A DNA stretch of 64,000 nt from Octopus sinensis (GCF_006345805.1 NC_043001.1:1054001-1118000), one strand, 5' to 3'; counted from the first letter of the stretch, positions 13,017-25,883 are shown. Numbers and translations: made by a program. The notes: generated by a model not told the origin, from the sequence alone.

Positions 13017-13230
13017 AAGGCAGTGATCTGGCAGAAATGTTAGCACACCGGGCGAAATGCTTGGCAGTATTTTGTCTGTCTTTATGTTCTGAGTTCAAAT
13101 TCCGAGGTTGACTTAGCCTTTCTTCCGTTTGGGGTCAATAAATTGAGTACCAGTTTCATACTGGGGTCGATCTAATCAACTGGCCCCGTCCCCAAAAGTT
13201 TTGGGCCTTGTGTCTAGAGTAGAAAAGACT
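13017..13230 (+). mobile_element. tRNA-derived SINE with Meta/MESC-like core. Further copies on the - strand at 22915-23130, 33290-33482, 35401-35612, 41068-41265, 41628-41845
   Basis: A box TGGCAGAAATGTT, B box GAGTTCAAATTCC, core GCCTTTC(A)TCC.TTTGGGGTC.ATAAATT.AGTACCAG. Confidence 0.85.
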
Positions 13231-13372
13231 ATATATATTTAAGTCACATGGATGATGATAATGATGATGATATATATATATACACATACATATACATAAT
13301 GTCACCATTGTCATTTAATGTCTATTTTTCCATAGCTGTTTGCACTTCTTGCCAGCAACCCTCAAGCATATA

Positions 13373-14206
13373 CAGGGTGTTCAGAGTAAATTTGATGATA
13401 TTCTATGTCTCCTTTATTCAGGAACAGGTTGATGTATTGGTGAACAGTCAGTTGGCATTGGAGAGCATAAAGATTAAAGTTGCAGATGAGAGAAAGCTCA
13501 CCAACATGGCAGACTGGAACCTATCTGCATACTGGAAAAGAGTTGCCCACATCCTGGTGATTCACCCCAGTTATTAAAATGCTGACTTCATGACTGCTGT
13601 TCAATGCTCTACATACACTGTAAAGGCTGTTCAACTTGGAGACTATGAGACCATGCATTCTGACTCTGTCCACACATTAGAATTCAATACTCACGTCTTT
13701 TAGAAGGACCTTAGACTTAATTCAGACAGCTGTGAGAAGCTGCTGGAGATTGAGGTCCAATTCCTGGCTGGAGAGAGTTGCTGCTGGAAGGCCACATGCG
13801 GCAATAAAATTCAGCTTCTTGCCATTTCTCTAGAATTTCTTGGAGAATTTCTATGACTTCACCAGCCCCAATTTCTGAACCCCTAATTCCCCCATTTGTA
13901 ATCCAATGGGTGACACTCAGGGTACTTTTGAGAAAGACACCAACTGCTCTGCCTGCAACACCAAGGCTCAGTGGATGGTCAAGGTCTTCTCAGAGACATA
14001 GTGATGAATGCATAGATGCCAGGTTCTAGAGTCCTCTTGAAGTGATGGTGGGAGCTGAGGGTGGCTACTTTGAGTAAACTGCTGTCTACCAGTCACAATC
14101 CACTTGATAGATTTCCATTTTTTGAAATAATTTATTTTTGGCAGAGATTTTGTGTTTTTCTCTCCCTTTTTATGCAAACTGTCAAACTTAACCTGAATAC
14201 CCCATG
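13373..14206 (+). mobile_element. Decayed DD37D-type (maT-like) Tc1/mariner element
   Basis: Degenerate TIRs CAGGGTGTTCAGAGTAAATTTGA / TCAAACTTAACCTGAATACCCCATG; remnants WLERVAAGRP and FYDFTSPNF*TPNSPICNP match the element at 24171. Confidence 0.75.
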
Positions 14207-14249
14207 CTGTGTGTGTGTATGTGTGTGCATAAACATATGCATATGCATA

Positions 14250-14322
<73 letters not shown>

Positions 14323-16102
14323 GCATATGTGTATACACACATACACAAATAGTCCAAGATACCTACATGTACATCTACAACAGTACACACAAACACAAAC
14401 GTGTATATTAGAAGAAAACGACTGCTTTGCCTTCACGCACGCACACACACACACACAATTCTTGTTACTTTGTTCCATATGTAACACACACACACACACA
14501 CACACACATTCCTAATAAGCTTCCTTTTGGTGAGTTGCATTTTGATTTGTATGTTTGAAAGTCGGCCAATATATATTCTTGCTGTTATATGTATATACTG
14601 TTGTTGTTGGTAATTGTGTGTATATAAATATATACACACACACACACAGTATTTGTGTAATGTTGTTTTTGCTGTTATATATATATATATATATATATTA
14701 CCGTCCAACCCATGCTAGCATGGAGAACGGACGTTAAACGACGATGATGATACAGTGTTCTTGTTCTCAATGGTTAAACACTCATACTTCATTCTTCTTC
14801 TTCTTCTTCAATATCTCATCTCCTCCTTCTCCTCCTCTTCCCCCTTCCTTATAATAATTTAAACTTTCTTTTATTCTTTTCTTTCTTTATTGACTCTGAA
14901 TACTTCTTTGCTTAGTTCCCCCCCCCCACCTCCATTTTCTGCTGAGATTCCTTCCTCCTCTGCACTCCTGCAGTTATTGACTCTTCTCTCCAAATGTTGC
15001 ATTGCAATCCATCCACTTTCCTTTTTTTCTTCTTGTTCTTCTTATTGTGTTTATCTTCATGTGTCCTGTTATCACACACATACACCCTCCCCCTCACCAC
15101 CTCCACCTTCTCCTCCTCCTCATCTAGATACTCTATAGTCCTGGATTAAACACTTCTATGTATCCTGCAGTTTTCTATCTTCTGAATTTCAAAAAGTTCC
15201 TAAACAGAGACTGGTTGTCAGTTTTTACTTGCATATAAGTTGTGAAAACTCCTGGCAGTACTCTACATAATATATATATGCAAGACCCAATTGTGTTATT
15301 TTCTGTGCATTGTGTGTATAAGAGTTGGGGATACAAGGGCTGTTGTATGTAAATTGTGTGTGGGTAGCCTAACTATTTTTATAATTCACCCATGTAATTT
15401 CCCCTTATCTCTCTAGATAATGTGTTTCCACCAACATCCCTGTCTCAGTGGTCCTGGATTTTTTATCAATACCAGCTTAATAATGGCATGTGATCTGTGT
15501 TGACCAACATCAACCCAATACCCAGAAGCCATCATGTACTCCATTCAGTTCTATGGGCCTGATGAGTTAGGTTCATTTGATGAGCCTAGGAAACTTCAAG
15601 TTGCAGGGAGCTGATTCAAACTGTTATTAACTAATATATATAACTCCCTCAGAATATGTTGGGTGCCACTGTCTTTCATTTGTCCACTCGTGAATATATA
15701 TATACATCGATGATGATGATGAGGAGGAGGATCTTACTTCTTCAGTGGCTGCATGTATGCACATCTACATATACACACATGTGCCACATGTGCCACATGT
15801 GCCATGTTTGTTTTATTTCTACAATGGCTTTGTGTATGTATTTACATACGGATGTGTATATATGGATTTGTCTCTTGTGAATAATAGACAGAACCTACAT
15901 TTCATGCTTCTTGTTCTTGGTCCCTAATGAGAAATCATTCGGATCAGACCTAATGATTAAAAAATTTTCTTTTCAATCGTTGGAAGCCTTCTACTATATA
16001 CATGAGGTGTGTGTTTAACTATGTATATAATACATAATATATATGATGTCTATAATATGTATCTACAATATATGTGTATATATATATATATGTAAATACA
16101 TT

Positions 16103-16137
<35 letters not shown>

Positions 16138-16138
16138 A

Positions 16139-17384
16139 CAGGGGTTTGACAAAACAATGGAAACACCTAGCATCATAGCATCATAATTTTGAAATATCTA
16201 TAAAACTGTCAAAAGCTTGTTTATTTTTATTTTTTTTGATTTATTATTAGTGTTGCTTAATATGTTTTGCTAAAACTGCTGTTTCTCTTCAGATATCATC
16301 AGAAAAAGGTAATTAAAATTCATCAAAATGACAGATCTATCAGACTTTCAAGGAGGTCAAATTGCTGGTGCTCTAATGGCAGGTGCTAGCATAACAAAAA
16401 CAGCTAAAATGTAATGACAGCCTTTGAGAAAGAAGGAAAAACCTCCTCGTCAAAACAAAACTCCAAAAGAAAACCAAAACTTTAAGATAGAGACCATCAT
16501 ACTTTTTATGCAAATTGTTAGAAAGGATCACAAAAGTACATCTCCCAAAATTACTGCAGAGCTTAATGACCACCTCAAGAATCCAGTTTCCACAAAAATT
16601 GTTTGCCAGAAGCTGCACAAAGCCGGATTGCATGGGAGGGCTGCAATCAGAAAACCACTACTTTCAAAACAAACATTGCAAAGCATTTAGAGTGGAGTAA
16701 AAACCTACAAAATTGGTCCCTAGAGCAGTGGAAGAATGTTATTTTCTTGGACAAATCATCCTTTACCCTATTTCTGACCACCGGCTGAGTATACATGTGG
16801 AGATAGCCAAAAGAAGCATTTGATCCAGACTGCTTTCTTCTAACTGTTAGGCATGGAGGAGGATCTGTGATGATCTGGGGGGAGGTTGGGGACTATATCT
16901 TTGAAATCCAACTCAATGATTTCTCGTCATGGCAGAATTAATGGTCAAGACTATTTAAGCATTTTATCTGATCAAATTCATCCTATGGTTGCAGAACTGT
17001 TTCTGGAGGGAAACGCAATCTTTCAGGATGATAATGCACCAATTCACACAGCTAAAGTTGTTACTGAATGGTACAAGGAACATTCTAGTGAAGTTGAACA
17101 TCGATCTGGCCACAACAGTCCCCAGATTTCAATATTATTGAACATTTATGGTGCATTTGAGAAAAGCAAGTAAGGAGTCGATGTCCTCCACCATCACTAC
17201 AAGAACTGGAGACTGTTTTAACTGAAGAATGGACAAAAATTCCTTTGAAATAAAATTCAAACTTTGTATGAGTTCATACCTCGGAGAATTCAAGCTGTAA
17301 TTACTGTCAAACATGGTCCTACCCTATATTACGCTAAATTTGTTTGAAATTTTAAGGTGTTTCCATTATTTTGTCCAACCCCTG
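16139..17384 (+). mobile_element. Full-length, inactivated Tc1 (DD34E) DNA transposon
   Basis: 30-bp TIRs CAGGGGTT(T/G)GACAAAA(C/T)AATGGAAACACCT with TA on both sides; disrupted transposase from ATG 16328 (MTDLSDFQGGQIAGA..GRAAIRKPLLS..WKNVIFLDKSSF..FQDDNAPIH..SPDFNIIEHLW). Confidence 0.95.
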
Positions 17385-17439
17385 TATGTGTGTATAATAT
17401 ATGTATATATATATCGACAAAATATTCTAACAGCAGACA

Positions 17440-17830
17440 AATTATGAGATGATGAAAATAGGAGATAACTTCATAGATATTCGTCTCACCCACATTCAAT
17501 GGTCGTTAACCCAGCAGAGCACATCAACAAACACTGTAAAAGCAATACCTAGAGCTGTAAATGTGGTCATTCATGAAAATACATTAAGAAAATGAATTCT
17601 AAAGCAGGTAACTGTAAGAGCGCTTGATACGACTAATGTTTTAGAACCAGATTTTGTATGTGTAGCAGCAACAGAGCTACCTGCTTTAGGATTCATTTCA
17701 TTAATGTGTTTTGATGAATAAATGTCTTTCCAGCTCCAGGTATTGCCATTACAGCATTTGGTCGGTAAACTTGTAATGAATTGAATGAGTCCAATAGTTA
17801 TGAAGTTTCATGAAATTTTAATACTCTGTT
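17440..17830. repeat. Diverged ~400-bp fold-back element
   Basis: GCAATACCTAGAGCTG..AATGAATTCTAAAGCAGGTA pairs with TACCTGCTTTAGGATTCATT..CAGCTCCAGGTATTGC; outer AACTTCATA/TATGAAGTT. Confidence 0.75.
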
Positions 17831-18252
17831 ATATGACAGTCAAGAGTAGATTTAATTTAGATAAATTCCAGTCTCTCGTTATACAATTGTAATTGACAGT
17901 AGCACGAGTAGGATTGTTTGCAAAGCCAAATTGATGGCAGAAACATAGTTTCATGTCATTCTTTTATTTGTTTCATTCATGCTGGAGGATTATCTTTGAG
18001 GATTAATTGAACAAAGAGTCCCCAGTTGTAAAGCAGTGGGAGCAGGGACCAACACAAACACAAAGGTTCACATATACAAGCAAACACACACACAGATATG
18101 ACAAGTTCCTTTCTAGTTCTCAGTCTATAAAATCTACTGACTATGTTTGGTTGACCTGAGGCTATAGCAGATGCTACTTACCCATGGTGCCACAGAGATA
18201 TTAAATTCCTGGATATTAGCCTATGGCTTTATATATATATACATATATACAT

Positions 18253-18284
<32 letters not shown>

Positions 18285-18287
18285 GAT

Positions 18288-18619
18288 TGGATCTGTTGGT
18301 CATGAATGGCCATGGGTGCACCTAAGAGGTTCTCCTCCGGGGTACAAGTCTGGGGAAAAAGTTGCCTCACTGGCGTAAGCACAACCTAGAGTTGTTTTCA
18401 TGGAAGACCAGCAATCGCCTGTGCATACCAGCTGCCTCTCTCCATGTCATCGATGTTATCCAAGGGAAAAGCAACTCATTTCTACAGCTGAGTGAACTGG
18501 AGCAATGTAAAATAAAGTGTCTTGCTCAAGAACACAACATGCAGCCTGGTCACAGAATTAAACTCATAACCTCACAATTGTAAGCTTGATGCTCTAACCA
18601 TCGAGCCATGCACCTTCAC
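18288..18619 (-). mobile_element. tRNA-derived SINE (3' part shared with 55610-55790)
   Basis: Minus-strand head GTGAAGGTGCATGGCTCGATGGTTAGAGCA..GAGTTTAATTC, then CTTGAGCAAGACACTTTATTT. Confidence 0.75.
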
Positions 18620-18675
18620 ACAAATATATAAATACATTTATATATATATATACATATATACATACGCATACATAT

Positions 18676-18717
<42 letters not shown>

Positions 18718-18803
18718 CATTAAATTTAGGGTAAAAATTGATATTTATCAATTAGAACCAGTGGTCTAGCATATTAAAGAAAGAATCCGAAGATTAAAAT
18801 ATT

Positions 18804-19165
18804 TATATATACCAATTAAGGACTGAACACGAAAAAGTGGACAGTCAACATGCTAGATATAGACGTCAAATCGTCATTCTCCACAAAAAGTCTATGTTCT
18901 CAGATCAAACTCAACACAAAACCAAAACAATAAACGACCATGCTGATGATGGCTGCACTTTTCCTTGCGGAAAATAACAGCCGAAACTGAATTTAGTACA
19001 TGGGTAAATATTTATTTCGTATATTTTTCACTTGTTTATTGTTTTGGTTTTGTGTTGAGTTTGATCTGAGAACATAGACTTTTTGTGGAGAATGGCGATT
19101 TGACGTCTATATCTAGCATGTTGACTGTCCACTTTTTCGTGTTCAGTCCTTAATTGGTATATATA
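18804..19165. mobile_element. Young fold-back element in (TA)n, Penelope pLTR/retrozyme-like
   Basis: Arms 18804-18935 and 19034-19165 are reverse complements with one mismatch; the spacer holds a hammerhead. Confidence 0.8.
18938..19003 (+). ncRNA. Type I hammerhead ribozyme
   Basis: Stem I CCAUG/CAUGG; core CUGAUGA; stem II GGCUG/CAGCC extended by UUUUCC/GGAAAA; GAAA; stem III ACUG(AAUU)UAGU; cleavage triplet GUA 18996-18998. Confidence 0.9.
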
Positions 19166-19289
19166 TATATACACACACACACACATATTAAAATTATAAT
19201 TTAGGGTATCTATGAGACACCACTATGCTGAAAATAGGAGACAGGATCCAACTCTAAAACCACATTATTTATATATATTTATATATATA

Positions 19290-19700
19290 TATATATTTGT
19301 TGTGCAAGATTTTTTAGGTGAAGTCGTGTGTTGAAACAGATATTGTTATATTTCGGAATGGTCATTTTGCCAGTTTAGACAATAAAAACACACGCACTAT
19401 ATATTTGGTGTTATTTTGCTTCAGTGTTATTTATTTTTTAATCTTATTTCGGCCAGAGTTCTTTCGTCACACTCCTGTGACCGCATCAGTGGTCCTTTGT
19501 TTTCTTCTTTCTTATTTGTGTCTCTCTTTTCTAACCGTCAGCCATTTTGTATTTCTATTGTATGTCTTCATTTGCGCATGCTTATATCTCTATGTGCGAC
19601 TATGTTTATTTAGTGTGTGTGTGGGGGATGCCTGTAATATTTGTATCTTCTGTTTATATATGTTCATGTAATTTGTTTTTGTTGTTGTTGTTTATTCTTA
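19290..19700 (-). mobile_element. Non-coding (TA)n-associated repeat carrying a hammerhead; related termini at 47130, 53330 and 56030
   Basis: Shared terminus GCAAGATT.TTTA.GTGA.TCGTGTGTTGAA.CA.AT. Confidence 0.65.
19451..19494 (-). ncRNA. Minimal type I hammerhead motif, slightly decayed
   Basis: Minus strand GACCA-CUGAUGC-G-GUCAC(aggagu)GUGAC-GAAA-GAAC-UC-UGGCC. Confidence 0.7.
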
Positions 19701-19879
19701 TTTTGTTCATGTGTTTACATCCACATATTATTATCATTATGTATGCTTGTATGTATGTATGTATGTATAACAACAATACTAGTAATAATAATAATAAATA
19801 AAAAAAAAATTTTAAATTAAACAAAAAAAAAACTTATATAGTTATTTATTTCTATTTGTTTATTTATCTGTGTATTTTA

Positions 19880-21352
19880 AACAAAGTTGAAAGTTGGCAA
19901 TGAGCATAGCAAGGAATTTAGTGTACAGCTAGGAGCTTACAAAGATCAATTCTCAGCCCCCTCTTGTTGATCACAGTCCTCCAGGCCACAACAGGGGAAT
20001 TTAAGGCTGGCTGCTCTTGGGAGCTCTGCTGTGTTGATGACCTTGGTCTTATAGCTAAATCCTTACCTGAGCGAGAGAAGAAATTTCAGGTGTGGATGAA
20101 AGGTCTGGAATCAAAAGGAGCTTAGGGTTAATTTAGCAAAGACTAAAATCTTCGTAAGTAGCAAAAAAAAAAAAATCATTGATCTCTTCAATAGGATGGT
20201 CCAGGTCAATATGTAGAAAAGGTGTTGGTTGAACCTCAATATGGTATACCCAGTGCAAGCTATGAACACATAAGTGGTGCAGTGGTGTCAGAGGAAGTGG
20301 TCTTTGTGTGGGACAGATGTATAAGTACAATAAACACTGAGAATGTAGAGAAAATCGACTCCCTCAAATGTCTGGTGGGGTCTTTAGAATAGCAGATACC
20401 TTCTGTTACCTAGGTGTTAAGTTAGCAGTGGAGGAGGAGGCTCTGAGAGCGTAGTTGCTAGAATAACAACAGGCCAGGAAATGTTCAGAGAGCTGCTACC
20501 TCTGTTGGTAACTGAGAGCTTCTCCCTCTGAGTGAAAGCCAGATTGTATGATGCCTGTGTGCTAACAGCTATGCTACATGGCAGTGACACATGGGCTGTG
20601 ACTGCTGAGGACACACAGAGGCTTGAAAGTAATTAAGCCAGTGTAGTCTGCTGGATGGGTAATGTCAGTGTGCATGAATAACAGAATGTGTCTTAAGAGA
20701 AAAATTGGTTATACGAGGCATCAGATGTAGTGTGCAAGAGAGAGGACTGTGTTGGTATGGCCATGTGATGTGTATGGATGAGGGCAACTGCATCAGGAAG
20801 TGCCAATTTCAAATTATGGAGGGAACATGTGGCAGGGGTAAACCCAGGAAGATGTGGGACAAAGTGGTGAGAAAGGGTCTTCAGATATTGGGCCTCATAG
20901 AAGAGATGACAGGGACCAAGACTTCTGGTGGTTTGCTGTACTTAAGGAGACATGTTAAACTAAATAAAATCATGGCTGTTCCTGAATTCAGGCATATCCC
21001 CTACATCCCTCTCTCAGTCAAGAGATCCTAGTCTTGTGTGCTTGTAGGCATTGGTGCCATGTAAAAGCACCATGCTGGTGCCACAGTAAAAGAACCAGTG
21101 ATGGTGCAATGTCACAGTGCCTGTGCTGGTACCACATAAAAGCATCCATGCTGGTGCCATGTAAGAGTGCCCTTGGCAGTGCCATGTTTAAAGCTCCCGG
21201 CACACACTGTAAAGTGGTTGGCACTAGGAAGGGCATCCGGCTGTAGAAACCATGTTAAACAAGACAAAGTGAGCCTGGGAAACTCTCTAGCTGGCCAGCT
21301 CCTCTCAAACTGTCCAACCCATGCCATTATGGAGAACAGACATATGATGATG
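19880..21352 (+). mobile_element. 5'-truncated, decayed RTE LINE with PHD-like insertion in the RT
   Basis: ILSPLL..WELCCVDDL (from LYADD)..LRVNLAKTK..FCYLG..LHGSDTW..LCWYGHV..GRGKPRKMW; RTE-type tail ending (GAT)n. Confidence 0.9.
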
Positions 21353-22079
21353 ATTTTTCATTTTAAAAGAATTTTAAGAATTACAACAGACCACTGACCA
21401 GTTACTGACCAGTGGTTGGCTGGAGGCTCAATGCTGAAATTAGACACAAATTTATTATAGAAATATTTAATTTTGACTGGAATGTCAAGGTTCCCCAAAC
21501 AACTTCTCCATTCAGAAGATGATTAGTAAAATTTCACCCCCTACTCAAATTGGTTACTTCTTTCATCATTTCTACAATCCAGTAATGTTATATATAAAAG
21601 TCACACTCTCTGAGGATTTGATAAATAACTTTCAGTATGTAATTTACATTATGTAACTAATAAACACCTTTTGTTAATGAAATACATGTAAGACAGTGTA
21701 GAGTTAACTTGCAGTAGTGATCAGTGTCTCCAATTACCTGAGATGAACCTACAAGAAGAGGGTTCCCAAAAGTAACAGGAGACAAGTGGGCAACATCCAA
21801 TCGACTGAGATCACTGTACACAGATGCCTGTCATTAAATGGAAATCTGACTTAAATACAATGAATTCCATGACAGCAACGATAACATAAACATCAAAAAT
21901 CACAAGTCATGTTTGGTATTCTTGGAAATGGATCTTCCTATGAAGAAAATAGAATTCTTCAATGATTTTTCTTTCTCTTTTCCTTCTTTCTTTGCTATGT
22001 TTGATGGTTTTGCACTCAGTCGCTGTTCTCAGGTTGTATTTATAACAATTTAGTCACGCAAAATAATTGTAGGCTAATT

Positions 22080-22329
22080 ATATACATATATCTATTATAC
22101 ATATATACACATACACATCTATTATACATGCACACACATAGAAATGTACATACATATATATATATATGCATATATATGTGTGTGTACATATATATAGGTA
22201 TGTATGAATATATATGTGTATATATATGAGTATGTAAATACATACATGTCTGTATGTGTTCGTGTGTACTTATATATATACATATATATATATACATATA
22301 TATATACATATACATATATATATATATAC

Positions 22330-22368
<39 letters not shown>

Positions 22369-22494
22369 ATACATATATATATATACATATATATATACAT
22401 ATACATATATACATATACATATACACATATATATATATATATATACATATACACATATATATACATATACATATATGTATACATATAGATATAC

Positions 22495-22537
<43 letters not shown>

Positions 22538-22550
22538 TATACATACATGC
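22080..22550. repeat. (TA)n/(TATACA)n low-complexity field
   Basis: Direct inspection. Confidence 0.95.
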
Positions 22551-22797
22551 TTTTATGTGTGTATTTTATCTTTTTCTCCATGTCACTCATAAGTAAAATG
22601 TCAATAAGAGAGAAAAATTAGACAAAAATCATAGAGCAAAATAAAAACAAAAAGAAACAACAATAACAACAACGAACACAGAAAAGCAATAGCAACAGTG
22701 TTTGATCTTAAACTCATTAAGTTTCTACAAAAAGCAACACTTTCTTTAGAAATAATTGCCATATTTTCATGAAAATGTAACAGCAACAAACAAACAA

Positions 22798-22833
22798 ATA
22801 ATAATAATATCAATGATGATGATGATGATGATG

Positions 22834-22906
<73 letters not shown>

Positions 22907-22918
22907 TGATGATGATGA
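22798..22918. repeat. Compound (ATG)n(ATA)n(ATG)n microsatellite
   Basis: Direct inspection. Confidence 0.95.
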
Positions 22919-23317
22919 TTTCAAATTTTGGCACAAGGCCAACAAGTTTAGGGGTAGGGATATGTCACTTACATCGACCCCAGAGTTCAACTGGTACTTA
23001 TTTTATCAATCCTGCAAAGATGAAGGGCAAAATCGACCTCGGCAGAATTTGAACTCAGAATAAAAAGACTGGCCAAGTTCTGCTAAGCATTTTGACGTGT
23101 GCACAAACAGTTTTACCAGTTTTCCGTCTTGATTTCTACAAAGAGTCTCTTAAATGCCAAGGGAATCAGAATAAGCTGCAAAACAACAGAGCTGCAAGTT
23201 TGAGTAACAGAAACTACCTATTACTTCTAAGGACCTTTGAGTGGGGAGTGGGTCTATTTTCTGTACATTCTTAGTGTTTATTGTATCTGCACATCTGCCA
23301 CATGTAATGACTACTTC

Positions 23318-23379
<62 letters not shown>

Positions 23380-24170
23380 TAAATGTATATATCATTATAC
23401 GTGTGTGTGTGCATAGACACAGAAATGTATATGGCTAGATATGAAGGGAGTCCTGTCATATACAAAAAGTTGAATATAAACTCTAATGATTACATTTGAT
23501 TTTGTTTTTATGTTGTTTGTTGTTATTGTTTCACATTTTCATTTTTTTCATTTTCTTTATTTTTTACTTGTTTTATTTATTTGACTGTAGCCATGCTGGA
23601 GCACCACCTCGAAGGGTTTTAGTTAAACAGACCGGCCCCAGGTATTACTTCTTTTTCAGCCTAGTACTTATTTGAGTGGTCTCTTCTAACAAACCACTAA
23701 GTCATAAGAATGTAAATACACTAATATTGATTGTCAATTAGTGGTCGGGGACAAACAAAGACACACACACATAGATATACATACACACATACATACATAC
23801 ATACATACATACATACATACATACATACATACATACATACATACATACACACATACATACATATATGTATGTATACATGCATACATACATATCAGATTAG
23901 TGCTTGGTACACCTCCTGGCTTGCCAGTCCTCAGTCAAAGCATCCAACCCATGCCAGCATGGAAAGCAGATGTTAAATGACAACAATGAATTATTGATTG
24001 ATTGATTGATTGATTGATTCATACATACATACATACATACATACATACGTAACCTAATAAGGTTTGAAAATTGATTAAGGTTGTTCATCCTTTTTTTCAG
24101 TCTGCAGAGAAATAGCTAAAATTTGCTGTGTTTATAATTATACCACACACACACCACACACACACACACA

Positions 24171-25062
24171 CAGAGTGCCATGGGTAAACTTTTGCCATTT
24201 TATATTTCTAATTTTGTGCATACATATTGTTTGTTTTTCAATTTTGTTGGCTACACAGTACAGTAGGGTCAGTTGGGTACTCTCTGTGAGAAAAACAGCA
24301 CCATGACATAATTCACTCTGCCAGGAATTTAGAAATGACATGCTGTACTGCTTGGCATTCATGCTGGAGACTTCAACACGAACACTTCAGAATGTTTGGG
24401 TGTCAATCTGAGGACAGTGCAATCTGAAGACACGTACTGAAAGTGTTAAAAATCAAACATCCAGTCAACATCATAGTGTTTTTGGAGTGATCACTAGTGA
24501 TACTGACATTATGCATCCATTCATCTTCCTGCATGGCCTCAAATTCAACATGGAGGCCTACATCAAGTGCGTGGAGGAGGTAGTGCTGCCCTGGGTCAAG
24601 AGAGTGTCTGCTGGAAGACCCTATGTCTGGTAACAGGACTCTGCACCATGCCACATAAGCTGGAGAACCCACTCATGGCTATCAGACAATTTCTGCGACC
24701 ACACCACCCCTAACATCTGGCCACCTAACTCCCCACACTGCAACCCCCTTGATTATTATGTGTAGGACGCAGTTGAGTGAGAGACCAACAAAACTCCCTT
24801 GTAACACCAAAGATGAACTGAAGGCAAGGATTATGGCAGCATTCACCAATTTAAACAAGGAGACCATCCAGAAGAGTTGCAGGAAATTCCAAAGTCGTCT
24901 GGAGGCCGTGTTTGAAGCCATGGCAATTTTATTGAATAAAATCACTCTTTAATATTTCAAGATATTTTTATGTAATTTTGGTAAATATATCTGTTAAAAT
25001 AAGATGTCAGTCTTATTTTCATTTTTGTGTAATTTAGACGACAGTTTATTCATTACACCTTG
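24171..25062 (+). mobile_element. Internally deleted DD37D (maT-like) Tc1/mariner element
   Basis: VLPWVKRVSAGRPYVW*QDSAPCH...WPPNSPHCNPLDYYV with 37 residues between the two Ds; degenerate TIRs CAGAGTGCCATGGGTAAACT / AGTTTATTCATTACACCTTG. Confidence 0.9.
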
Positions 25063-25072
25063 TGTGTGTGTG

Positions 25073-25136
<64 letters not shown>

Positions 25137-25142
25137 TAAATA

Positions 25143-25190
<48 letters not shown>

Positions 25191-25594
25191 GTTGTCCTTC
25201 TTTCAGTTTCTATCTACCAAATCTATATACAAGTCTCTGGTTGACTCAAGACTATAGTAGAAGACACTTGTCCAAGGTACCATGTGGTTGGGGAGCAAGC
25301 TTTTTATCACACAACCATGCCTGCACCTTTAATATTAATATACTTGTGCCTTAACAAATGTCTACCTGTATAATTTGAGATGTTCTTAAGAAAGCTTTTA
25401 GTTGAATGGAGAGAGAAGGAGAAAGAGAGAGGGAGAAAGAGAGAGAGGGGTGGACTGTTTAGCTGATGGCAGGGATAATGGTCAGGGAAAGAGAAATTAG
25501 GAAAGCTTTACTGATATATAATCACATGAGCGCACACACACACATTAACGACTAGTTGTTTGACATTGAAGTGGTGGCTTTATAGTAAGGGTAT

Positions 25595-25883
25595 GAAGGT
25601 GCATGGTTGAGTAGTCGGGAGAGTTTAGCTCACAACTGTAAGGGATGTTTCCTCCTTGAGCAAAACACTTTATTTCACATTTCTGCAGTCTGTTCAGCTG
25701 GCAAAAGTGAGTTGTACCCGTAATTGGAGAGGGTCTAGCCTTGTCCCCTTCTGTGCCCAGCTGAATCTCCCTCAGAACTACATTAAGGGTCCACGGGTCG
25801 TCTGCAAAGTGCTCAACCACTTGCAGGCTGTTCCATTGATCAAATCCATTGGAATCCTCCTCACCTAAACAGCAGAGTGCTAG
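25595..25883 (+). mobile_element. tRNA-derived SINE, internally deleted
   Basis: GAAGGTGCATGGTTGAGTAG head; CCTTGAGCAAAACACTTTATTTCAC segment shared with 18288-18619. Confidence 0.7.

Noticed and set aside
13017-13105. tRNA gene
   Set aside because: A/B boxes belong to a multi-copy SINE head; no complete cloverleaf
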